From: a virus
Lineage: Duplodnaviria; Caudoviricetes
DNA: 64,000 nucleotides
Strand: one strand, 5' to 3'
Virus record (IMG/VR): IMGVR_UViG_3300005546_000001
Location: 1-64,000 of that record
Numbering within the stretch: the stretch's first letter is position 1; every line of letters begins with the position of its first letter. The translations under genes and the position numbers were made by a program. The notes below the pieces were generated by a model that saw only the letters and a list, made by a program, of their open reading frames with translations, searched no databases and was not told the DNA's origin. Shown one piece after another: positions 19,142 to 29,409 of the stretch.

Positions 19142-20130
19142 CAGAATTAGCAAAACCTGATCCGCATTGGGGTGGCACCGGCGCCCTTAAACTTCCTTAC
19201 GACTGGCGAGATTTTCAAGCATTCAGACATCCTGAAATCGCCGAAATGCTTCCGTCGTTCCCAGACTCATTTTCTCTTAGAGAATTTCAAAAAGGTTCGG
19301 CGCTAGATCAAGATGGCAAGGGCGCATGTGTTGCCACATCTAGTTGCCATATGCAAGCGTTCTACGAACAAATGGAACGCAACCAGTGGATAACTTTTGA
19401 TTGGGACAAACTTTATACAGAAAATGGTGGAACCGGCCCAAACGGAGTTCCTACCAGACAAGTGTTGCAAGATATGCAGGAAAATGGTTGTCCAGTATTA
19501 AATACATCCAATCGGTATAAAATCAGCAGTTATGCATTTGTAGATTTTGGAAATTTTGATTTTGCCATCCAGACTGTTAAGGCTGCAATCGCAGCAAAAC
19601 GGCCACTTGTTTTGGCCCTTTTACTCCCCAGCGACTTTGGGGCTGGAATGAATGCTGGATCATCATCTAGCAAGGTAACTTCTGGTTATCATCAGATGAT
19701 GGTTGGTGAATACACATCAACTAGAATTAACTTCTTTAATAGTTGGGGGCCAGGATTTGGAGATCACGGATGGTGTAGCGTTCCGGTTGACTATCTAGCC
19801 AGACCTGAGCAACGTGGATTTCTTTACGCTTACACGACTTTTGACGCAAAAGATACTGATCCAATTCCACCACCTCCGCCACCTCCTCCTATTGATAAGG
19901 TTATTGTGGATGGTGACATAATCAAGGCTGGGTCAAGAAAGATTGTCGTTCGCCCAGATAAAAATATTATGGTTGATATTACTGGCCATAAAGTTTTAGC
20001 CGTAGTTGATGATAAAACTTTTGAAGCTAATGTAACTGGATATGCACCAGATAGAATAATCTTGAAGCAACCAAGGATTATCGACACAACAAATTTTGTA
20101 GGAAAATTAATTCATTTTGAGACTTTATGA
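19138..20130 (+). CDS. papain-like (C1) cysteine peptidase with poly-Pro linker
   Basis: DQ..KGACVA (Cys), GYHQM (His), FNSWG..FGDHG (Asn). Confidence 0.85.
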   Translation: MTELAKPDPHWGGTGALKLPYDWRDFQAFRHPEIAEMLPSFPDSFSLREFQKGSALDQDGKGACVATSSCHMQAFYEQMERNQWITFDWDKLYTENGGTGPNGVPTRQVLQDMQENGCPVLNTSNRYKISSYAFVDFGNFDFAIQTVKAAIAAKRPLVLALLLPSDFGAGMNAGSSSSKVTSGYHQMMVGEYTSTRINFFNSWGPGFGDHGWCSVPVDYLARPEQRGFLYAYTTFDAKDTDPIPPPPPPPPIDKVIVDGDIIKAGSRKIVVRPDKNIMVDITGHKVLAVVDDKTFEANVTGYAPDRIILKQPRIIDTTNFVGKLIHFETL

Positions 20131-20468
20131 TAGATTATAAACATATCGGCGAACAGTTGAGTATTACCGTTCGAGAATCTCCCGGAGTCGGGATAGACGA
20201 TCCAAAAGCGAGAGATTTATTTAGATTTCAAAACGCCCAGCGTATATGGGAGATTTGGACTCAATGTAAGTTATTTGACGAAAAAGATCGTCAGTATTAT
20301 TTTTCTGTCTACAGCGGGCTGCCCACAGGGGTCGTCAATCGCTATATGGAAGTATGTAGAAAATATGAAGAAGATCGGGCTACTGAAAGAATAAAAGCTA
20401 GCAGAGCCAAGACAGCATCGAAGACTTCCAAAAAATCAAAGGTAGTTCAAACTGCCAGCATAGCTTAA
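20127..20468 (+). CDS. hypothetical protein
   Basis: ATGA overlap. Confidence 0.6.
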   Translation: MIDYKHIGEQLSITVRESPGVGIDDPKARDLFRFQNAQRIWEIWTQCKLFDEKDRQYYFSVYSGLPTGVVNRYMEVCRKYEEDRATERIKASRAKTASKTSKKSKVVQTASIA

Positions 20469-20484
20469 GTTTAGGAGATAAAGA

Positions 20485-21135
20485 ATGTCAGATAAGATAG
20501 CTTTTAACGGAACCCCCGGCAGCGAGTCGTTCGCACTTGCTGGGTCAAGAATTCTGTGGGCACCAGTAAATACAGCCAAGCCAGCAAAGGTTGTGCCTAT
20601 TTATGATGATACTATGCCTGTAGCCCCAGTTGGCTGGGCCGATCTCGGCATACCCGTAGGGGCTCTTGTGGAAATGACGGTTGATTTCACAACCGCGAAG
20701 ATCGTTACAGGCGTTCTTCAGAATACCCGAAGAACCTATATTGATAGTCAAACCGGAAAGATCACAGCCAAGATATTTGATCCCGGCCCAACTAATACGG
20801 CAGTTATTACTGGGCAAGGACCACTTGTAACTACCGCGTCAACTTCTTTGAACAGAGCATTTAAAGGAATGGGTGTTGGTGGAACTCTTGGAAGCAAACT
20901 TGCCGTTCTTGTATTTAAGGACTTTGATATTTCGCAAGTAACATCAGATGGTACTGCGCAGTATGAACAAGTTTGGCATTACACCCCAACTGCGCAACGC
21001 GCTGCGTCTGTAAACCTCGCCGAATTTGAAACCAAGACACCTGTATTTACCTTCGACTTTGAACTTCTTCCGTATGCAAATTCTGCGTACGGCGGACGAT
21101 CAATTCTGATCGAAGTTGTATGGTTGTCAGTCTAA
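20485..21135 (+). CDS. tail tube (major tail) protein
   Basis: strong AGGAG RBS, GWADLG motif, position before chaperones and tape measure. Confidence 0.75.
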   Translation: MSDKIAFNGTPGSESFALAGSRILWAPVNTAKPAKVVPIYDDTMPVAPVGWADLGIPVGALVEMTVDFTTAKIVTGVLQNTRRTYIDSQTGKITAKIFDPGPTNTAVITGQGPLVTTASTSLNRAFKGMGVGGTLGSKLAVLVFKDFDISQVTSDGTAQYEQVWHYTPTAQRAASVNLAEFETKTPVFTFDFELLPYANSAYGGRSILIEVVWLSV

Positions 21136-21177
21136 CAGACCGCCTAATGCCGACTAAATTAGTCGCCTAATAAAAAT

Positions 21178-21208
21178 GCCGGGGGATTCCTACACCCGTC
21201 CCCCGGCT
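21178..21208 (+). terminator. GC hairpin after tail tube gene
   Basis: GCCGGGGGA/TCCCCCGGC stem. Confidence 0.5.
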
Positions 21209-21327
21209 ATAAGATCGGCGCTCTGGTGCGCCAATGCGCTTAGGATAAAAGGTTGTCCACGAGATGACCTACTGGCCTTCTACTCCTCGTTTTCAATCCT
21301 ACCTCAGTATACACAATCCAAAACAAT

Positions 21328-21873
21328 ATGTCAAGTAAGGAAAAATCCGTTATGGGAAGATCGCGAAAACTAAAAGTAGTAGAACCAGTTTATCCAGTTG
21401 TTACATTTGGTGATAATACGTTTGAAATCCATCCGATTGCAGATCGAGATGATGACTATGCATATGACGATGCAGCTAGATTTTTAACTCTAGCAATTCC
21501 AGTAGGATCAAAAGTATTTTCAGAATTTATAAAACTAGGAGAAGATAATCCAGAAGCAATCGCACGAGTCCAAAAAGCTCAAGCGGAGGGCGAAGAGGTA
21601 AGTTCAGTATTTTCTGATCTTATAGGATTTTTAGCTACTGGGGATTTTGGAAATCTAATTGATGAAGTATCAGACGTGCTTCCAAAACTCACAGCTATTG
21701 CGTGTCATTATACTGATCCTGATGTAACTGAACGTGATATAAAGCGTTGGACGAAAAATCCACTTCACAAAGAAATGTGGCGTGCCGTTATTGCTCAAAT
21801 GTCTGCCGACAACATAATGGCTCAAATCGGCTCATTACAGGGCATGATGGGGGAGTTTTCAAGTGTTAAATAG
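21328..21873 (+). CDS. probable tail assembly chaperone
   Basis: acidic protein after tail tube. Confidence 0.55.
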   Translation: MSSKEKSVMGRSRKLKVVEPVYPVVTFGDNTFEIHPIADRDDDYAYDDAARFLTLAIPVGSKVFSEFIKLGEDNPEAIARVQKAQAEGEEVSSVFSDLIGFLATGDFGNLIDEVSDVLPKLTAIACHYTDPDVTERDIKRWTKNPLHKEMWRAVIAQMSADNIMAQIGSLQGMMGEFSSVK

Positions 21874-22285
21874 AAGAAACTTTGTCAAAAAACTTGCAAC
21901 AGTTCCACTAGTTGGCGCCGCTTTAGTTGTACCAACTAAAGCAAAAAATCTAATAAAATGCGATGTTTGTCATTTAGATACTCCAAACAGTCTTGTATCA
22001 GTTCGTCCTGATGGAAAATATCCAGATTTTGGGTCTTACAATACGAATTGGTGGGAAGATTTATTTGGTCCAAATCTGTCAGTTATCTGTATTCTTTGTG
22101 TAAATCATAAAATTTGCTATCCATATTTTGAACGGGTAGTTTTTACCAAACCAGCAAAAGGTCAAGTGTGGGCTGAGTATGCTAGTTCCCCATTTTATGA
22201 AAATTTGTGGAAAGCAAAACATGATTGCTCAATAGTTGATTTAGAAAAAGAACTTCAAGAATATAGAATTGCGCAACTAAAATAG
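21863..22285 (+). CDS. twin-arginine signal protein
   Basis: MLNRRNFVKKLATVPLVGAAL; CxxC pairs. Confidence 0.55.
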   Translation: MLNRRNFVKKLATVPLVGAALVVPTKAKNLIKCDVCHLDTPNSLVSVRPDGKYPDFGSYNTNWWEDLFGPNLSVICILCVNHKICYPYFERVVFTKPAKGQVWAEYASSPFYENLWKAKHDCSIVDLEKELQEYRIAQLK

Positions 22286-22290
22286 TTGAA

Positions 22291-23043
22291 ATGCAAGAAA
22301 AATTGGAACTTCCAACATTATCCCCAAATGATCGCGCTCGCTTGATGCTGAATCTCCCAAATCTAGCGAACCGATTTGTTGAATTTAATGGGGTTAGTTA
22401 TCCAATCTTGCATTTAGGAATTGGGGATTTAGAGCAGTTTCGCGCCGCATGTACCCCGCTAGAAGAACTTTACCTAGAATTTGTAAAATCAGAACTTCCA
22501 TTTACCGCGTTTCTGGAGGTTTACAACGACGAAATAGTCGAAATTCTAATAAAGGCAGTTCCAAGAACGGCAAGCATTGTCCTCGGCTTACCAGAAGCCG
22601 CCGTAATTGCGTCAGGAAGCCCACTGAGCGCTTTTTCAGCAGTTTTGGCACAGTGGCTTCATAATCAGGAAATCGGTGCTCTACAAGCCTTATTTCCGCC
22701 TCCACCAGATGATGAACCCGAAAAGGAACTGGCTGGCGACCCCAGTGCGATGAATCCACTTTCTGTAGTCCAAAAGATGGCATCGGCCTATCACTGGCCG
22801 GAAGATGCGATTCTAAAGATGACTCTTCCTAAAATCTATCTAATGGGAAATGATTCAGCTTGGAGCTACGCTACAATAAAATCTGACTCGACAAGAACAA
22901 AAAAGAAGCCAATCATAGCTGGCGGAAAAAAACAAAAGAATTTTGATAACATGACTGCAGGCGACTATAAACAGTATCTTAATAATGTTATGAGAATCAA
23001 TGCGGGAGGTGCAGAGCCACTCGTTCCAGCCGGGGGAATTTAA
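22291..23043 (+). CDS. probable second tail assembly chaperone
   Basis: YHWPEDAILKMTL motif; synteny. Confidence 0.55.
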   Translation: MQEKLELPTLSPNDRARLMLNLPNLANRFVEFNGVSYPILHLGIGDLEQFRAACTPLEELYLEFVKSELPFTAFLEVYNDEIVEILIKAVPRTASIVLGLPEAAVIASGSPLSAFSAVLAQWLHNQEIGALQALFPPPPDDEPEKELAGDPSAMNPLSVVQKMASAYHWPEDAILKMTLPKIYLMGNDSAWSYATIKSDSTRTKKKPIIAGGKKQKNFDNMTAGDYKQYLNNVMRINAGGAEPLVPAGGI

Positions 23044-23843
23044 TGAGTGATATCCAAGAGTGGGCTGATTTTTTTCAGCGATATTCAGTAGAACACCCAA
23101 AATTAAAAGGATCTGCACTTGGATCACCACTCAATCTAAACTTCCGTCTGATAAATACAGCTTTTTCTGTTGGTAAATCTGGGAAGAAATTCGAATATTT
23201 TGAAGCTGTTGATACTGGACGACGCGCAATCGACGCTGAAGAAAATATTCTTGCTTTCGCCGGAACTGGCGGAGAATTCGTTTTTAGAGAAAGTGTCAAA
23301 GGAACAACTGGCGCAAATATAACTGCAAAAGCTGGTGGCCGATACAACGCTACACATTTAGCTGAACTCGGCGCCTTGCTCTCTGCTTGGGCACAAAATG
23401 CTGATGAGAATGTTATTTTAGGGAGTAGTTTACAAGCCGGTACTATTAGTAGTGAAAAAACTCCGGTAGCTGCAAGCAAAAATGCTAAAGGGACTACTTA
23501 CGATAACGTTGTTCTCCAACTAATAAACAAAAGCAAAACTCAGTTTAATCCAAACATCGGGAAATTTGGAAAACTTCCATCCGGCGCTCCGCCCGGAGTG
23601 ATTCGTAAACTAATCAAAATTCCAAACTGGTACGCAATAGCAGCTATATTCTTAAAAGTACAAGGAGATCAAGTCGAATTATCTTATAAACCAAACACCC
23701 CATCCAGAAAAGAAGAAGGAAAATTCAAACTAGCTTATGTTGGTGGTGAATTAGAAATGCTTGATCCGAGCACTGGTGGCGGACTTAGAAATGGCTACAA
23801 ACTGATTTACAGCAAATCTATGGGAACTTTAATAAATGGCTAA
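23043..23843 (+). CDS. probable neck/tail completion protein
   Basis: YFEAVDTGR..I...LAF..F..SVKGT, HK97 gp10-like. Confidence 0.5.
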   Translation: MSDIQEWADFFQRYSVEHPKLKGSALGSPLNLNFRLINTAFSVGKSGKKFEYFEAVDTGRRAIDAEENILAFAGTGGEFVFRESVKGTTGANITAKAGGRYNATHLAELGALLSAWAQNADENVILGSSLQAGTISSEKTPVAASKNAKGTTYDNVVLQLINKSKTQFNPNIGKFGKLPSGAPPGVIRKLIKIPNWYAIAAIFLKVQGDQVELSYKPNTPSRKEEGKFKLAYVGGELEMLDPSTGGGLRNGYKLIYSKSMGTLING

Positions 23844-26800
23844 TAATGTAATTGTAAATTTTATACTTGGTGGAAATGCTAGCGGATTGCAACAAACATC
23901 TAATCAAGCCGCTAAATCTCTAAATCAAGTTAATAATGCATATACAAATACTACAAATAGTACTAATGCAGCCACAATCGCAACTAAAGATTTTGCAAAT
24001 AATTTTTTAATTCAACGACTAAAATTCATTGCCGCTACTAAAGTAATAACTGGAATTGCGGATGGGTTTGTAAATCTTACTAAATCACTTATAGAAACTT
24101 CTGCTGAATTTCAAAGACTTGGCACATCTTTTGTTTCAATTCTTGCAGAACCCCTCCTAGCTGTCAGTAAAGGAGCGGCTATTACAGCCGACGATCTGGC
24201 AATTTTAAAAGAACAATCTGTATCTCTTTTCCAAGATGCACAACGAGCGGCGATTGATACAGTAGCTACTACACAAGAATATGTAAAACTCCTTCAGGCA
24301 GCGCTTGCTATTGGACACAATGTTGGATTAACAATTGGCGAAACTGAAATAATTACAAAGCGGCTTGCTTTAGCTGCTGGTGCATTTGGCATTAATTTCG
24401 AAAAAGCAAGTACAGCAATTGCCCAAATTCTTTCGGGCTCAATACGAGTAACAAATCAACTTGGAAGAAATCTCGGACTTGCAACTCAAGAACAAAGAAA
24501 ACAGCTTCAATTATCTATTCAACAGGGAACGCTGTTTGAATTTTTAGAAAAGAAAACTAGAAATTTTGAACTTACATCTAAAGAAGTAGCGAATAATTTT
24601 CTTAATGTATCAGCATCTATTAAAGATATATTTCAGATAGGCGGCACGGCGGCGATTAAGCCATTATTTGATTTTATTAATAAGTTTTTAGTTCAGTTCA
24701 GAGATACATTTATTGGGGAAGAAACATTCTTTACACCAGCACTAAGAAAACTAGTAGATGGTTTTTCTCAATTCTTTAAGGATATATTACCATCTATTAG
24801 AGTTTTAGTAGAAGAAATATCCAATTTATTTATAGACATAGGAAGCAAAACTAGTGGAATTTCATCCATAACTAAGATAATTTTAGCGACTATTTCGGGT
24901 ATTGTAAAACTTATAGATCAAATGGTTTCTTTAAGGGGGCTTGGCGGGGTATTATCGCTTATTGTTGCTATAAGAGTATCCTTTGCTATTATTTTAAGTT
25001 TAGTTAATTCAATATTTGCAACAGCGAGCATAGGAAGATTATCATCATTCGCCGGATTAGCTAGTTCATTAACTAATATAGTTGCAATAATTGGAGTTGC
25101 TGTTTTAGCTTTTCAGGCATTTAGAGATAGTTCGGATGATGCTCAAAGATCGTTCGAGAGATTTCAAAATAGTATTGAACGTTTTACATCTGAACAAACT
25201 GATTTTAAGAATTCATTTAAATTACAAGATATAATTGATGAATATAAACAACTTCAATTACAAACTGAGAGAACTATAGCTCAAACAGAGACATTAACAA
25301 AAGATATTATTCTTTTGCAAGAGAGATTGGGAAATAATTTTGAAAAGGATATAGATAATCAAGATAAAATAAGGGAAGCATATGGTAAAGGAAATAAAGA
25401 ATTAAGAGAGAGAATTGTTCAACTTGATAAGTTAAGAGAGCAACTTGAAAAGATAAAACAAGAACCAAATATTGTTGAAAGAATTTTTGACTCATTCAAA
25501 GGTGGCTTTGCTCAAGGAGCTGGGGAATTATTAGGTGGATTAAAATCCGATGAAACTTTAAGAATTCAAAAGAAAATTGATGAAGCAAAATCTCTTGCTA
25601 AGAAGCTTGGACCAGAGTTATTTCCAGCTTTTGATATAAGTAGTATAGAAAATATCAATAAATACATCGCTGCAATAGAAAGGGCGATGAGTGAAGATAT
25701 TGCTGCTTCTAAATCTCTTGAACTCAGAACAAAAACTACCGAGCAACTTTTTGATGCTGTATTTAAACTCCGCCAAGCAAAGCTTGATGGAGCATCAGTT
25801 GATTCTGAAATTAGAACCGCCCAAGAACTTATAATTAAAGGATTAAGAAGAGAAGCTGAAGCTAATAAAGAAACAGCCGAATCTTACACAGAAAGATTGT
25901 TTGAAAATCAACAAACAGTTTTAAAAGAAAAAGAATTTTTGGCCGCAAGAGTAAAATCCCAAATCGATGCCGCAAATACACTAAATAAAAATAAAGTAGT
26001 TTTAGATAAAGCTGGAGCTATAATTGTTGATACTTCTGGTTTAACAAAATTAATTGAAGCAAATGAAGAAGTTGAAAAAGCTAAAGACAGACTAGCAAGA
26101 CTTAAATCTGCGCTCTCAATATTTGTAAAGGTTCCACCACCGGGGCCAAAGGGCAGAACTCAAGAAGAACAAGAGGCCGCAGAAGAGTTCAAACGACAAT
26201 TAGATGAAGAAAAAACCACTTTAAAAGAACGTTTAGCCGATTTTCAGGAATTTCAAAAAATTGAAGTTCAAAGGCTTGCATCCGAAGTAAAAGCAGGAAG
26301 AGCCCCATTTACCGCAGCTATTCAATTGGATATTGAGGATTCAAAGAAATTTCTCGAAGAGTCCAGCAAAGGAATTGACGCTTTAATTGCTTTTATAGAT
26401 GAAAGAATTAAGTTTCTTAGTGACCAACTATCATCTACCCGTGCAGCAGCCGATCCGAAGTTTGCTAAGGCAATTAGTGGAGAAATTACTAAACTTCAAT
26501 CTGAATCAAATCGCCTTATAAAAGAAAGGGGAAAGGATCGCAGAAAAGCTGAACTTGAGATTGTTAAGGAAGAAATCGCTCTTGCTGATCTCTCCGCCGA
26601 GGCGGATAAAAACCGATTGGGGGTTTTAAATAATATTCTTTCTGCGGAGGAATCTCGCCTAAAAGTTTTACAAGAAGAAAATCTAATATATGGACCGGAT
26701 GCCAAAGAACGAGATATAAAAATTCAGAAGAGTAGATTATCTCTAATAGAACAAGAAATTGCTTTGGCTAAACAACGATTAGAGATTAATTTAGCTGGGG

Positions 26801-29400
26801 CGCTTTCAGAAGCAAAGCGCCAGCAAGAAGAAGATCTTGCTAATCAGCTTAAGGCTGGAGTTACCCCTGAGCAAGCCGCCAATCTAGCCGCAACGCGAGG
26901 TAAGGATGTGTTGGGCGTTCTTCTCGCAAGTACCCCTATAATAACATTACGAAACGAAGTTATTTCTTTAGGTCAAGCCGCATCAGAAGCTCAATTAAAA
27001 ATTGCTAATGCAGATGGCATTCTTGGAAGAATTTCTTTTGGCTTTGGAGAACTTGCTAGACTTTCTTCTAAATTTCCGGGACTTGAACTTGTATTTATAG
27101 GACTCAAAAATTTCATAGATGCAATTCAAGGGGCCAAAACTCAAAAGTCTGCACCAGAGTTAATTAAAGATGCCGGTGGGATATTTAAAGGTCAAGTAAA
27201 AGATGCTGGTCAGCTTCTAATTGAAGCTGCTGAAATTGCTAAGCAGCGATTTATTGAAGCTATGAGCGGAACTCTTGGTACTAGCACTATATCTACATCA
27301 GATATAGTGTCGGCAGCTCAATCCAAGCTAACCGTTGCTCTAGAAGAAAGAACAAAATTAGAAGAACAATTAAATGCTGCTTTAGAAGAAGATTCCACAA
27401 AAGCTGAATCTGCTACCTCAGATGTTCAACAAGCAACTAAGGACTTCTTTGAGTCTACCCAAAAAGTTACAAAAGCTCAAAAAGAGCTAGCAGAAGCAGT
27501 CACTAAACAAACTAAGGAAGTAAAGGATACATCGAAAAAAGCGTCCCAATCTATTGCTATACCCGGATTAAATATACAAGGATCTGTTCAGCAACAAATT
27601 GCTAAACTTACAGAAGGAAAAACTCTTGGCGGGCTACCGCTTGGCCCCCTTCTTCTAAAGCTTGCGGAATTTGAAAGCGGATTTAGGCCGGGGGTTGTGG
27701 GGATAGAAGCAGCCAATGTTAAAGGACCAAAAGAAAGATTTGGATTATTTCAATTTGCTAAAGCAACCGTAACTCCAATTCTTAAAAAACTTGGCAAATC
27801 TTTCGACGATTTTTTGAAAAGCGTTGAAGTTCAAGTAGATGCTGTTAGCTTGTTTCTTAATGAAGAACTCTCCAAAACAGGCACAGTGAAAGGGGCTTTT
27901 CGAGCATTTGGGGTATCTGATCCTAAAAAGGGAACAAAATCAGTAATATTTCCTCTAATAGATAAATTAAAGAAATTAATTACTGAAAATCTTGTTGATG
28001 ATGCCGAAGAATTAAGAGGATTGCTTGCAACAGCTTTATCCGATAATCAAGAACTTTCACCAAGTCAAGTAGAAATTATAAAAAATGCATTTGAAGAAGC
28101 TAGAACAAAATTTCTTTTAGAAGCAACTCGCCCAAGAACAGTTACAGATCAAATTCCAAATGAAAACGATACCGATGCGTTTTATGCAAAAATGGGACTT
28201 GGGCCAGGGGGAACTCCTAGATTTACAATTCCACCGCCACCTGATGACGAAGAAAAAAATCTTGTAAAAACAGTAATAACAAAAACTTTCCAAGCCGCCA
28301 GTGCTGTGCTCCAAGGATTGTCGGCGGATACGTTAGGTGGAAAGATTGCTGGATTTGGGCAACTCGCAAACCTGATTCCAGTTGCAGGACCATTTATAGC
28401 TGCTGGTCTTCAAATTGTCGGTGGATTTATTGATTTCTTCGGCGCTGCGGCTAAGAAGAAAACACAAGAACTCGCCGCTGCTTTAAATATTGGAATTCAA
28501 GATATCAAAGATGCTCTGAGCAATGGCGCAATCGGTCTTGGCGAAGGTATCCGAGAACTTCAAGCGAAACTTGAGGATGCCCGCCGCCAGCTTTCTGGGC
28601 GCAAGGGTGGCGCGGAAGAACTTAAGAAAATTGAAGCTGACATTGAAGCTGAAAAGAAACGTCTTCGAGCAGAAGCTAAAAGACTTCAAGACGAATTCAG
28701 ATACAATCTTGATTTACTCCGCCAGCCTGCTGGACTTCGAGATACAATTACAGCCGTAGCCAAAATCAAGCAGACTGCAAAAGAATTCATAAATTCATTC
28801 GAAAACCCGGCGGATGCGCTGGCCGCTGTAAAGGAAACTCAAGAATTTATACGGCTCTCAATCAAAGAACTTAAAGATGGAATTCAAAAAACCTTATCTG
28901 ATCTTCAGCAAAATCTACGAGACGCAACAGATAAATTTGCATCCGACGAGCGGAGTATTCTTCTTGAAGGTCGAATTGATCCTCGCGTATCCGTTGCAGA
29001 GTCGAAACGACAAAGGCTGGCTGCTCTTGAGCGAGAGTTTCAGAAGAACAAACTCGATTTGGAAAATCAAATATCCGCAGAACAAAAGAAACTTGATTAT
29101 GTAAATCAACGAGCAAATCTTGAAGAAAAAATTGCTAAACTTGCTGAACGCGGGGCAAATGCTCTTGGGTTGGCTGCGGATAAACTTTCAGGCGCTGCTA
29201 ATGCAATAGAACGTGCTTTCGCGCAAGCTGGGCGATTTGATTTCGGAACTAGCGCTGCGCCGCAATCGGTTACTTTAAATCTTAAAATCAACGATCAACC
29301 AGTCGGACAAACCCAAATTGGTGTCGGTGTAGAACAGCACCTAGAGTTAGCAGGGCTTATTTCGCCATCAAGACTGAACAGGTTTAATCAGGTAGTTTAA
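23836..29400 (+). CDS. tape measure protein with a lysozyme/SLT-like domain
   Basis: 1854 aa, helical; LAEFESGF...GLFQF. Confidence 0.9.
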   Translation: MANNVIVNFILGGNASGLQQTSNQAAKSLNQVNNAYTNTTNSTNAATIATKDFANNFLIQRLKFIAATKVITGIADGFVNLTKSLIETSAEFQRLGTSFVSILAEPLLAVSKGAAITADDLAILKEQSVSLFQDAQRAAIDTVATTQEYVKLLQAALAIGHNVGLTIGETEIITKRLALAAGAFGINFEKASTAIAQILSGSIRVTNQLGRNLGLATQEQRKQLQLSIQQGTLFEFLEKKTRNFELTSKEVANNFLNVSASIKDIFQIGGTAAIKPLFDFINKFLVQFRDTFIGEETFFTPALRKLVDGFSQFFKDILPSIRVLVEEISNLFIDIGSKTSGISSITKIILATISGIVKLIDQMVSLRGLGGVLSLIVAIRVSFAIILSLVNSIFATASIGRLSSFAGLASSLTNIVAIIGVAVLAFQAFRDSSDDAQRSFERFQNSIERFTSEQTDFKNSFKLQDIIDEYKQLQLQTERTIAQTETLTKDIILLQERLGNNFEKDIDNQDKIREAYGKGNKELRERIVQLDKLREQLEKIKQEPNIVERIFDSFKGGFAQGAGELLGGLKSDETLRIQKKIDEAKSLAKKLGPELFPAFDISSIENINKYIAAIERAMSEDIAASKSLELRTKTTEQLFDAVFKLRQAKLDGASVDSEIRTAQELIIKGLRREAEANKETAESYTERLFENQQTVLKEKEFLAARVKSQIDAANTLNKNKVVLDKAGAIIVDTSGLTKLIEANEEVEKAKDRLARLKSALSIFVKVPPPGPKGRTQEEQEAAEEFKRQLDEEKTTLKERLADFQEFQKIEVQRLASEVKAGRAPFTAAIQLDIEDSKKFLEESSKGIDALIAFIDERIKFLSDQLSSTRAAADPKFAKAISGEITKLQSESNRLIKERGKDRRKAELEIVKEEIALADLSAEADKNRLGVLNNILSAEESRLKVLQEENLIYGPDAKERDIKIQKSRLSLIEQEIALAKQRLEINLAGALSEAKRQQEEDLANQLKAGVTPEQAANLAATRGKDVLGVLLASTPIITLRNEVISLGQAASEAQLKIANADGILGRISFGFGELARLSSKFPGLELVFIGLKNFIDAIQGAKTQKSAPELIKDAGGIFKGQVKDAGQLLIEAAEIAKQRFIEAMSGTLGTSTISTSDIVSAAQSKLTVALEERTKLEEQLNAALEEDSTKAESATSDVQQATKDFFESTQKVTKAQKELAEAVTKQTKEVKDTSKKASQSIAIPGLNIQGSVQQQIAKLTEGKTLGGLPLGPLLLKLAEFESGFRPGVVGIEAANVKGPKERFGLFQFAKATVTPILKKLGKSFDDFLKSVEVQVDAVSLFLNEELSKTGTVKGAFRAFGVSDPKKGTKSVIFPLIDKLKKLITENLVDDAEELRGLLATALSDNQELSPSQVEIIKNAFEEARTKFLLEATRPRTVTDQIPNENDTDAFYAKMGLGPGGTPRFTIPPPPDDEEKNLVKTVITKTFQAASAVLQGLSADTLGGKIAGFGQLANLIPVAGPFIAAGLQIVGGFIDFFGAAAKKKTQELAAALNIGIQDIKDALSNGAIGLGEGIRELQAKLEDARRQLSGRKGGAEELKKIEADIEAEKKRLRAEAKRLQDEFRYNLDLLRQPAGLRDTITAVAKIKQTAKEFINSFENPADALAAVKETQEFIRLSIKELKDGIQKTLSDLQQNLRDATDKFASDERSILLEGRIDPRVSVAESKRQRLAALEREFQKNKLDLENQISAEQKKLDYVNQRANLEEKIAKLAERGANALGLAADKLSGAANAIERAFAQAGRFDFGTSAAPQSVTLNLKINDQPVGQTQIGVGVEQHLELAGLISPSRLNRFNQVV

Positions 29401-29409
29401 AAGGAACTC

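Noticed and set aside
21328-23043. Programmed G/GT tail-chaperone frameshift
   Set aside because: No clear slippery heptamer, and an unrelated gene separates the two chaperone-like ORFs.
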